Positions 26,253-34,634 of a stretch of 36,245 nt of DNA are shown piece by piece. This DNA comes from Gammaproteobacteria bacterium (lineage in GTDB: Bacteria; Pseudomonadota; Gammaproteobacteria; JBFIID01): NCBI GenBank assembly GCA_041601415.1, contig JBFIID010000001.1, positions 1 through 36,245 on the forward strand, read 5' to 3'. Position numbers and translations under genes: made by a program. The first letter of the stretch is position 1, and every line of letters starts with the position of its first letter. The notes under the pieces were generated by a model that was not told the DNA's origin, did no database searches, and saw only the letters and a program-made list of their open reading frames with translations.

Positions 26253-27533
26253 TCAAAGGCGTTTCGAGAGTTCCTGGCTGGTCTCAGAGAGCCGTTTGAT
26301 GAGTAATTTCTGAAACAGTTTATTGGTGCGCATCTGCACCTGAAGTGACGCCCATTCGGGCAGTGGCGTATCAATTTTAAGCAGAATCACATGATCCAGC
26401 GCCCTTACAGTCGCTGTTCGTTTACCACCGTCCAGATAGGCCATTTCCCCAAAGCAATCACCCGCAGATAAATTTGCAATGATCTTGCGGTTTCTTTCGA
26501 CGGTGACCTGTCCGGAAATGATGATATAAAAACCATCCTGATCATCACCCTCTTCAATCAACGCGCTGTTCCTTGGAAAGGATACCCACTCAGCAACGTC
26601 AACCACCTCTTCTAGCTCCAGTTCAGAGAACTCTTTAAAAAATACCAGCCCCTTGAGGAGTTCCAGTTTCTGCTGATCATTCATCAGACGGACGGGATCC
26701 TGCAGGTCTTCCAGTACCAGCCGCAGATCATCTGCCATTTGCGTACCGTTCTGATAACGATCAGGTAGTTTCTTTTGCAGTGCCCGTTCTACAACCTGAT
26801 TGAGTGATTGCGGTAATTCAGGGCGGAGCTCAATAACCGGCTGTTGTGCCTTATTGATTACATTGTTGATCAGTCCGGAGATACCCTTGGCCGCAAACGG
26901 CGTAGACCCGACCAGCATTTCGTACAACACAACACCAAGAGAAAACAGATCCGTCTGATGGGTGAGTTGTCCATCTGCAGCCTGCTCTGGCGACATGTAC
27001 ATGGGTGAACCATACCAACCGAGAATCTGTGTCTTATCGGCCATGGTACGCTGCGCGATACCGAAATCCCCTATTTTGACCTGTCCCTGCTCCGTCAGCA
27101 TGATATTGGCGGGTTTAATATCCCGGTGGGTAATACCGCGCTCATGTGCGTAGTTCAACGCATCGGCACAATTCATAATGTAGCGAACCACCGTTTCTAC
27201 CGGAAGTAAAACATCTTTTTTGCAGAAGGATCTCAGGGTGTCAGCATGTTCAACAAATTCCATGGAGATATAGGGCTGACCGTCGGCGTCTCCCGCATCA
27301 TAGACTTTCAGAATATTCGGATGATCCAGTGAGCCTGCGGCCTGTGCCTCGTTGAAAAAGAGTTTGCGCGCTTTATGCACCTCTTCTTCTTCAACTTCTT
27401 CGATGGTGCTAACCTTAATCGCAACCTGACGATCAACGAACGGGTCATAGCCGATATAGACCATTCCCATGGCCCCCTTACCGGCGACCCCTGTGATCTC
27501 ATACTTCCCGATTTTTTCCGGCAGGGATTCCAT
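26253..27533 (-). CDS. Hanks-type Ser/Thr protein kinase fused to a C-terminal cyclic-nucleotide-binding domain
   Basis: Kinase motifs: GKGAMGMVY, VAIKV, HRDIKPANIML, IGDFGIA, MSPEQ. The C-terminal CNB has a canonical cassette GDCFGEMAYLDGGKRTATVRA. The start overlaps the stop of the upstream gene by 1 nt (TAATG at 27533). Confidence 0.85.
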   Translation of the reverse strand: MESLPEKIGKYEITGVAGKGAMGMVYIGYDPFVDRQVAIKVSTIEEVEEEEVHKARKLFFNEAQAAGSLDHPNILKVYDAGDADGQPYISMEFVEHADTLRSFCKKDVLLPVETVVRYIMNCADALNYAHERGITHRDIKPANIMLTEQGQVKIGDFGIAQRTMADKTQILGWYGSPMYMSPEQAADGQLTHQTDLFSLGVVLYEMLVGSTPFAAKGISGLINNVINKAQQPVIELRPELPQSLNQVVERALQKKLPDRYQNGTQMADDLRLVLEDLQDPVRLMNDQQKLELLKGLVFFKEFSELELEEVVDVAEWVSFPRNSALIEEGDDQDGFYIIISGQVTVERNRKIIANLSAGDCFGEMAYLDGGKRTATVRALDHVILLKIDTPLPEWASLQVQMRTNKLFQKLLIKRLSETSQELSKRL

Positions 27534-30500
27534 TATGCAACCTCTTCCATCACTACGGATTCGGCGACAGCCAGACCCTGTATATAATCCACGCCTATGT
27601 CCTTCAACGACTCTATGGTCTTCTCATTATTGACCTGATCAGCAATGGTCTTTTTACCCATAAGGTGACCAATCTCATTCATTGATCTAACCAATGCGAG
27701 GTCATTAGGGTTTTTATGCATGCCACGAACGAACAAACCGTCCATCTTGATGAAATCAATTGGCAGAGTATTCAGATAGCCCTGCGCTGTGTCACATTGC
27801 CCAAACCCACCCATACTAAACTTGCATCCGAATTCTTTCATGGTACGAATAAAGCGTTCCGCCTCCTGTTGATTATCAATCACAACTGACTGTTTAATCT
27901 CGAAACAGACTTTCCCCGCAGGCACCCTGGACTCGGTCAACTGCGCAATAATATATTCAATTAACTTATCATCACACAATGAAAGTTCACTGATGTGAAT
28001 CGCACACACCGCCACATCTTTTAGTGTCTTTCTATGGGCAAACATCCATTGCAGCGATCCACGGATCAGCATTCTATCAATCTCGGGACTCTGTTTATTC
28101 AGATGTGCGGCCTGTAGAAAATCCTCCTGTGGGATGAGGATGCCATCCTCGTCTTCAATCCCCAGTATGATCTCATATTGTTCTTTGTCCTTGCTGTCCG
28201 AATGCAGGGGAACTATGCGTTGATAACGCAGCTTCAGAGATTCAGATTTGACGACTTTCTCGACCAGTGCGCGCCAGTCCTTTTTAACCTCTTCGAGCCC
28301 GGTATCTGCCTCATCCTGTGTATGGACATATATCTGGTTTTTTCCCTGTTTCTTCGCGTTGGCCGCCGCACCTGTCACTTCATCAAGCAATTTTTCGGCC
28401 GAGATATCCAGCTCCTGCAGTGACAAAAGACCAATCGATGCACCCACTGTGAACATCTGTTCCTGCCATTTAAAACGGAAGGCCTTAATGTCCTCCAGCA
28501 AAGACTGGAGCTGCTGTTCTGCAGCCTGCTTGTCAACGTCCTTCATCAGTACTGAAAAGCGATCTCCCCCCAGACAACCCGGCAATGGTTGTGGAAAATG
28601 CTCTCGCATAAACTTAGCCAGGGACTTTAACAGGTCATCGGCAGCGTCCTGGCCAAACTTTCTGTTCATTGCTGCTACGCAGTCAAAATTAACTTCTGCC
28701 AGGATGGAGTCTACTCCTGTCTGTTCAACGGCAAGTTGAACTTGTTTGATTTTTTCCATCATATGGCGGCGATTTGGTAGCCCTGTAATCGCTTCATTAT
28801 TGGCCTGCTGGCCTATTTCGTCATGCATCTTATACAGGGTGGTTCGCATCGCACGGTCAACCGGCGGCAGGGTAGGCTTTTCGAGCAGTACGGCAGTACC
28901 ACGGCGTAGCTGCATCGCCAGTTCCTGTAAGGTCATATTCAGGGCTTTATTACCGTTAGCGTCAACAAACACATAGGGGTTGTAGTTGTCACCAATCCAG
29001 GCCAGCGTTACACAATCATCATTTTCAGATGCTTTTTTGATCCCTAACAAGTCGCCGATTTGCATTTTCATCGCACGTTCCAGCCACAGACGCCAGTCAG
29101 CGGGTTGTCGATCTGCATTCGCTAATGGATCAATGTCTGCCGATTTGCCACCACGACGTTTGCGTAACAGTTCCTGCTGCTGCTGATACTGTTTCACTAC
29201 CTGATCAACATTGGACTCATAACGTTCCTGTTGCTGGTGAGCCAGGTGACTGATTTCCGGCATCATCTCGGCAAAGACATTGGCGTCCTGATCATAGTTC
29301 TGATTAATACGCTCCACGATGGTGTCGAGCTGTTCGATGGTCTCGCTATCACCGGCAACTTTAAGATCCGCTATCTGATTCAGTACGGCTCTTGCAGGAT
29401 GCGCTTCATCACTCAGAAAAGCGCCATCCTTGATCGCGAGTTTCTGGATAGTTCCCTGCATCTGGGTAAGACGTGACTTGATCCCTGAACCGAGAAGGTG
29501 ATCAACATCGAATGAACTAACGAATTTGTCAGCCATATTCAGTGCATTTGCATGCGCCTGATTAATTTCAATCGGTGTATCGTCACCCACACGACTTTTA
29601 AGAATTCGTTTAATTCTTGACATGTTATCTTCATTGCCCAGTTCATTCTTCCAGCCTGAGCGATTTTCCCTTTGCAGGACAGACAGGGCCTCCAGAATAT
29701 CTTCACTGGCATATTGCTGGTAGGAAGCGGGCCCCGTATTTTGGCCTGCGACTTCAGAACCCGTGCTCATAGCAGGCACCGGGTTCGTCCCGAACTGTCC
29801 ACCGCCGCTCGAAGACAATGGTGGTGCAACTGAGGGGGCAGCACCTCCCATTGCACCTGCACCTACAGGGCTGCCGGAAGGCATTGAATGCGGTGTCATA
29901 CCCGGTGCATGACCGGCAACCGGTGTGGGCACAACCGCAGAGAAATTACCCTGTTTCAGATTCATCAGATTCTGCATTGCCTGCATGGTCTGACCCGCAG
30001 GTGTGCGGGGAGCCAATTGATTGTCTACCTGACCCGTTACACCTGGACCTGATGGCATCGCAGGCTGCGGGTGAGCTGTTGCAGGAGCTGTCCCTGTCGC
30101 CAACGGTGTCTGGCCGGGTACAGCAGCAGCGCCAGTCGTCGCAGCTGTCTGCCCTGACGTATTTCCCTGAGGACTCACAGCACTACCAGTGGGGGGAATG
30201 CTGTCTGCCGTATTACTCAATTCCTGGGTGTTTGACAACGGCTCAACCACCTCATCAATCTGGCGAGTCGGTTTTGACGTAGGTTTTTTCCAGCCTTCTG
30301 TCTCTGGCTTCTTCTCGGGGAGGCTATAGTATTTGCGTAAAGACTCGTCCAGATCACGGAAGAAAAACTCCAGCCGAGGCACCACGGACTCTTCATAGAC
30401 ACGAAATAAAAGTTCGTTGGTATCGTAACTCAGGTCTATCTGATCCTTGGCGTTCGAAAAGGCAGAGGTGATGGCCGAAACCCCTAGCGGGTTAGTGCCT

Positions 30501-31321
30501 CGTTCCATGGGAAGATTAAACAACTGGCTCAGACGAATTTCTATCTTGTCTAACAATTCGCTATAGCGTGGTTCTGCACGCGAGACAATTTCGGAAGAGG
30601 TCAGAAGATCCTCGAAATCGTCTTTTTCGATCAGTTTCAGTTCACCAGACTGATTAATATTAGAAAAGTCCGGTGCCTGGCCCGATTGCCCCGTCTGTTC
30701 ATACGTTTCCTGTATTTCGTTGAGAAAATAGCTGCTGATGTCAGCCTGTTTCTTTTTTAGCAGGTTCATACATCCGAAATAATCACTCTGCTGCACATTA
30801 TTTTTTGCATCTCGAGCGGCAATAAATAATTGCTCATCGGCCTGTTCAAAGAAGGTCTTTATCAGTGATTTAAGATGCTTTGCAGACAGGAACCAGGTCT
30901 CGTCGAGCACCTTGGCATTTCTTTCCTGTGGCAAGTCAGAACGCCCCAGAGTTGCCTCTGCTTTTTGCTGCTCTGCCAGCAAGGTAAGCGCCTTGAGTGC
31001 ATCTTCCGCAGGGTTTATAAATGCAGCGCCGATCCCTGTGTTGAATACACGCGCGATACTGCCCTGCATTTTGAAAGCGCGCCTCGCCTCATTCAGTTCG
31101 ACATTAAAACTGATGGTTATCTTGTCATCACGCGACAAAAAGCTGATTGCTTCTGCATTGGCCTGAGGGTTTACCAGCGCCAGAAACATTCCCCCGGGGC
31201 AAAAATCCCTTATTTTGCACTGAATATTGGCTGATTTTGCGGTATTCAGAGACGCATCGAGGGATAGAGACTGCCGTACAAATGCACGTTGGTTATTACC
31301 GGAAGAATTATCAGCAGACAT
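27533..31321 (-). CDS. PilZ - DUF1631 - degenerate GGDEF - degenerate EAL multidomain protein (1262 aa)
   Basis: The N-terminal PilZ has RxxxR (RAFVR) and a D-x-C-x-x-G variant of DxSxxG (DFCPGG). DUF1631 hallmarks are present (ADEQLFIAARDAKNNVQQSDYFGCMNLLKKK near the start, LAWIGDNYNPYVFVDANGNK near the end). A P/G/A/T/S-rich insert of about 170 aa lies within it (aa 365-535). The GGDEF domain reads GGDRF (nt 28556-28570) and also lacks the upstream Asp, Lys and His residues. The EAL domain reads YEIILG, with N to H (AIHIS), DDFG to GGFG and EGVE to DQVN. Confidence 0.8.
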   Translation of the reverse strand: MSADNSSGNNQRAFVRQSLSLDASLNTAKSANIQCKIRDFCPGGMFLALVNPQANAEAISFLSRDDKITISFNVELNEARRAFKMQGSIARVFNTGIGAAFINPAEDALKALTLLAEQQKAEATLGRSDLPQERNAKVLDETWFLSAKHLKSLIKTFFEQADEQLFIAARDAKNNVQQSDYFGCMNLLKKKQADISSYFLNEIQETYEQTGQSGQAPDFSNINQSGELKLIEKDDFEDLLTSSEIVSRAEPRYSELLDKIEIRLSQLFNLPMERGTNPLGVSAITSAFSNAKDQIDLSYDTNELLFRVYEESVVPRLEFFFRDLDESLRKYYSLPEKKPETEGWKKPTSKPTRQIDEVVEPLSNTQELSNTADSIPPTGSAVSPQGNTSGQTAATTGAAAVPGQTPLATGTAPATAHPQPAMPSGPGVTGQVDNQLAPRTPAGQTMQAMQNLMNLKQGNFSAVVPTPVAGHAPGMTPHSMPSGSPVGAGAMGGAAPSVAPPLSSSGGGQFGTNPVPAMSTGSEVAGQNTGPASYQQYASEDILEALSVLQRENRSGWKNELGNEDNMSRIKRILKSRVGDDTPIEINQAHANALNMADKFVSSFDVDHLLGSGIKSRLTQMQGTIQKLAIKDGAFLSDEAHPARAVLNQIADLKVAGDSETIEQLDTIVERINQNYDQDANVFAEMMPEISHLAHQQQERYESNVDQVVKQYQQQQELLRKRRGGKSADIDPLANADRQPADWRLWLERAMKMQIGDLLGIKKASENDDCVTLAWIGDNYNPYVFVDANGNKALNMTLQELAMQLRRGTAVLLEKPTLPPVDRAMRTTLYKMHDEIGQQANNEAITGLPNRRHMMEKIKQVQLAVEQTGVDSILAEVNFDCVAAMNRKFGQDAADDLLKSLAKFMREHFPQPLPGCLGGDRFSVLMKDVDKQAAEQQLQSLLEDIKAFRFKWQEQMFTVGASIGLLSLQELDISAEKLLDEVTGAAANAKKQGKNQIYVHTQDEADTGLEEVKKDWRALVEKVVKSESLKLRYQRIVPLHSDSKDKEQYEIILGIEDEDGILIPQEDFLQAAHLNKQSPEIDRMLIRGSLQWMFAHRKTLKDVAVCAIHISELSLCDDKLIEYIIAQLTESRVPAGKVCFEIKQSVVIDNQQEAERFIRTMKEFGCKFSMGGFGQCDTAQGYLNTLPIDFIKMDGLFVRGMHKNPNDLALVRSMNEIGHLMGKKTIADQVNNEKTIESLKDIGVDYIQGLAVAESVVMEEVA

Positions 31322-31604
31322 TACATCGCACCATCCATCTTTTCGAACACGCTTTCATAACGCAGAGTATACCTACTATACACAGATGATTTTAGTAGTA
31401 AATTCATAAGGATGTCATCTCTCCGCAACGCTAAAGGCATAATTGGCGGGTCAGTGAAATGGGTGCTATTGAAAGCAGCAGAATTGTCTACGTCGCAAAA
31501 CCACTAGCAAGTCACAGATTGATTTCTAATTGCTGCCGAGAGTCGAATATACTCTGTTACCCTAATTTCAAATATGTGGCCTTCGCATTCAGGAAAAGAC
31601 CGTC

Positions 31605-32687
31605 ATGCAGTCCCCCGATACGATTGAACATCTTGATACTCTGCTCACCGAAGCACGTCGAAATGAATCGACCTGGAAGCGTTTTCAGCAGATGGAATTA
31701 AGCCTGATGTCCTGTGAATCATTACAGGACCTGTTTTCCCTGATTTATCAGCAGACCCGTCGCGAACTTGACTGTGAGTACAGTCGATTACAGCTACTCG
31801 ATCCTGGTTTCATTCTGCAGCGACTGCTAGAAGAATCCGGTATTCAGACTGGTGCAGAAACGATAGAACTGACATTTTGTGACCGTGAGCATCCGTTTAA
31901 TCTGCGCTATCCAGAATGTCATCGACCTGTACTGGGGCAATACGAAACGCTTCAGCATGCCGAGTTCTTTGCCAACGGCATAACCCCCCGATCTTTTGCC
32001 CTGCTACCGCTGATTCGAGGTGGCGTCCTGATTGGTAGCCTGAACCTCGGCAGTCTTGATGCAAACAGGTTTCATCATGCCAGTGCAACCGACTTTCTAC
32101 AGCATTTCTCGTCGGTCATTGCGGTCTGTCTCGAATCAATGGAGGGGCGTGAACGCCTCAAACACCTGGGCCTGAAAGATGCCCTGACCGGAATTAATAA
32201 TCGCCGTTTTTTTGACCAGCGTCTGCTTGAAGAAGTATCACGTGCCCAACGTAACAACCTGAGCCTGAGTGCCCTGTTTATCGACATTGATCATTTCAAA
32301 TCAATCAATGACCAGTATGGACATAAGATGGGCGACTTTATTTTACAGCAGGTCGCTCAGAATATTCGTGTCCAGTTACGAACCACAGACACCGTCGCGC
32401 GTTATGGCGGAGAGGAATTTGCCGCTTTACTCTGTGCAGACACCATGACCGCGGTTGAGATTGCAGAACGTATTCGCATCAGCACCCATCAGCACAGTAC
32501 ACCGAGCCCGGATAGCGGTGAACCCATACAGGTTAGCGTCTCGATTGGCATCGCCAGTTTGACTGATCTTGATCGCAGTTTAAGCAGTGATGATATTGCC
32601 CAGCAGTTAATCCACCTGTCAGATACCGCGCTCTATCATGCAAAGTCGGCGGGCAGGAACCGTACGATTATTTATCAGCCAGAGTGA
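31605..32687 (+). CDS. GAF/DUF484-like sensor domain diguanylate cyclase (intact GGEEF with I-site)
   Basis: DALTGINNRRFF, IDIDHFKSINDQYGHKMGD, and RTTD-TVARY-GGEEF (an RxxD I-site at canonical spacing). The N-terminal 170 aa look GAF-like (LPLIRGGVLIGSLNLGS). Confidence 0.85.
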   Translation: MQSPDTIEHLDTLLTEARRNESTWKRFQQMELSLMSCESLQDLFSLIYQQTRRELDCEYSRLQLLDPGFILQRLLEESGIQTGAETIELTFCDREHPFNLRYPECHRPVLGQYETLQHAEFFANGITPRSFALLPLIRGGVLIGSLNLGSLDANRFHHASATDFLQHFSSVIAVCLESMEGRERLKHLGLKDALTGINNRRFFDQRLLEEVSRAQRNNLSLSALFIDIDHFKSINDQYGHKMGDFILQQVAQNIRVQLRTTDTVARYGGEEFAALLCADTMTAVEIAERIRISTHQHSTPSPDSGEPIQVSVSIGIASLTDLDRSLSSDDIAQQLIHLSDTALYHAKSAGRNRTIIYQPE

Positions 32688-34528
32688 TCCGTCTTCCCTG
32701 TCGGGTTGTCACTCGCTGGCGGAGTCTGGTCGACCGCTGATTCTGGTGTTACCAGCCCAAGGATGGTCCAGCCAGACTCCGGTTCTGGTTGTCGACCTAC
32801 ACCAAACATATAAAGTCTCTCATTTGGCGCTATCGCAAAAAATGGAATTACGCGATCCTGATATTTGTCCAGATAATCCTGAAAGCCAAACTCGGCACCG
32901 AGTTGTGTACTTCTAATCTCGGCATTCTTCGTTAAAAGACTGGCGATTCGACCGTAGGTGACATCTTCACCAAACAGCAGGGTACCGCGATGTTGAACCG
33001 ACACACGTTGTTTTTGCCGACTGTCTTTTTCCGGGCTAACCTGTAATTCATAAACCGCATTCGCTCCGAATTCCTGGCGAAACCGCAGACAGGCAAGGGC
33101 ATTGAAATCGGGTTGGGTAGAGATCGCCAGCAAACTGCCATAACCAACCAGATCCATATGTCGATCCGCATGCTCAGAAATAGGACTTCCAAAAAAGGTA
33201 TTTAGCCCCTTCATTCTGGCCTGACTCAGATTATCCCAACGTCGATCAGCGAGCATCACCTGATAGCCCTGTTCATGCAGCGCAACGCCGACGGCCAGCG
33301 CAACGGGATTGCCCCCAGCGATCAAAACGCCATTTGGATGTGGCTCAGAGAGCCCCAGCATGCGTGCGATTATTCCGGCCGTGGCACTCTGTATCGACAC
33401 GGTACCAATGATGACCATGAAGGTCATCGGAATAAGGAAGGTCGCCGCAGGATACCCCGCCGCTTCAAGTTTGATAGAAAACAGGGCCGACACCGCAGCG
33501 GCAACGATGCCTCGAGGTGCAATCCATGACAGCAGGAGTTTCTCCCGGAACTCCAGACCCGATCCCAGGGTACTGACAAAGACACTCAGTGGTCTGGCCA
33601 CAAACATGATCACCACCAATACCAGCAACGCCATGACTCCCAGTTCTCTAAACTGTTCCAGGTCGAGCCGTGCCGCAAGAATGATGAAGAGCCCGGAAAT
33701 TAATAACAGACTGAGGCTTTCCTTAAAATCCAGGATATCTTCAAGATGTATATCCGGCAGGTTGGCCAGCATGATGCCCATCACGGTGACCGCCAGCAGT
33801 CCGGACTCATGCTCAAGGTGATTGGAGACCGCGAATACGGTAAAGACCAGGGTTAATGTGAACACATTGCGCAGGTAGCTGGGGATCCATTGTTGTCTGA
33901 ACACATACCAGACCAGCAGGGCAGCAAACACACCGACCAGACTCCCGAACAATACCAGCAGGCCGAAGACCTCAAGCACAGAACCAATCACCGCCCCCTG
34001 ATCGGAGATGATATAGGTATAAACCAGCACCGCTAGGATCGCTCCCAGAGGGTCGATCAATATACCCTCCCAACGCAGAATATTGGCCAGGTTACTACGT
34101 GGTCGCACAGTACGTAATATCGGCACTATCACGGTTGGCCCGGTCACTACGACCAGCGCACCAAACAGAAAGGACAGTCCGAGTGACACTTCCATGAAGA
34201 CGTGCGTACTAAGCGCCACCAGTAGCCAGGTGACAGCGGCACCGATACTGACCAGATTACTCACCACCTTGCCATGCCCGCGAATATCGGACATGCGCAG
34301 TGTCAGGCTACCCTCGAACAGGATCACCGCAACCGACAGTGAAACCATGGGAAACAGGAGTTCACCAAACAGGGCGTCAGGATCGAGGATACCGGTGACA
34401 GGACCGACTAGCAGGCCGATCAACAGCAGAAACAGAATGGCCGGAAGTTTTACCCACCAGGCAAACCACTGGGTCAGCACACCGACCATGCCGATTCCCG
34501 CCAATAACAACAGACTATGTTCTGTCAT
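32675..34528 (-). CDS. CPA1-family cation/proton (Na+/H+) antiporter with a C-terminal TrkA-N/RCK-like domain
   Basis: About 12 hydrophobic helices over 400 aa, then a Rossmann-like segment (VLIAGGNPVALAVGVALHEQGYQVMLAD). The 3' end overlaps the convergent GGDEF gene by 13 nt. Confidence 0.8.
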   Translation of the reverse strand: MTEHSLLLLAGIGMVGVLTQWFAWWVKLPAILFLLLIGLLVGPVTGILDPDALFGELLFPMVSLSVAVILFEGSLTLRMSDIRGHGKVVSNLVSIGAAVTWLLVALSTHVFMEVSLGLSFLFGALVVVTGPTVIVPILRTVRPRSNLANILRWEGILIDPLGAILAVLVYTYIISDQGAVIGSVLEVFGLLVLFGSLVGVFAALLVWYVFRQQWIPSYLRNVFTLTLVFTVFAVSNHLEHESGLLAVTVMGIMLANLPDIHLEDILDFKESLSLLLISGLFIILAARLDLEQFRELGVMALLVLVVIMFVARPLSVFVSTLGSGLEFREKLLLSWIAPRGIVAAAVSALFSIKLEAAGYPAATFLIPMTFMVIIGTVSIQSATAGIIARMLGLSEPHPNGVLIAGGNPVALAVGVALHEQGYQVMLADRRWDNLSQARMKGLNTFFGSPISEHADRHMDLVGYGSLLAISTQPDFNALACLRFRQEFGANAVYELQVSPEKDSRQKQRVSVQHRGTLLFGEDVTYGRIASLLTKNAEIRSTQLGAEFGFQDYLDKYQDRVIPFFAIAPNERLYMFGVGRQPEPESGWTILGLVTPESAVDQTPPASDNPTGKTDHSG

Positions 34529-34574
34529 GTGCCTTCCTGATCGATGTGTTAGATAGAGTTATGACACCTGGCAT

Positions 34575-34606
34575 AAAAAAAGGCCAGCCCCAGGCTGACC
34601 TTTTTT
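34575..34606 (-). terminator. Rho-independent terminator downstream of the glycerate kinase gene
   Basis: The minus strand reads GGTCAGCC-TGG-GGCTGGCC (8-bp stem including one G-U pair) followed by TTTTTTT. On the plus strand the same stem has a C-A mismatch, which favours minus-strand function. Confidence 0.7.
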
Positions 34607-34634
34607 ATCTGTAACGCCCTGCATGACGGCCAGA

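Noticed and set aside
29818-30282. A 154-aa plus-strand ORF opposite the P/G/A-rich insert of the 1262-aa gene. Other antisense ORFs lie at 28248-28739, 30875-31234, 33309-33821, 34083-34556 and 34623-35081.
   Set aside because: All lie antisense to long ORFs with strong domain evidence. All have compositionally skewed, motif-free translations.
16095-32687. I considered whether the CNB-rich island is a cyclic-nucleotide-based anti-phage system (Pycsar- or CBASS-like).
   Set aside because: There is no nucleotide cyclase or CD-NTase. There is no typical effector module (TIR, nuclease, patatin or pore-forming TM) fused to the CNB domains, and no mobile-element or defence-island context. A regulatory or structural role fits better.
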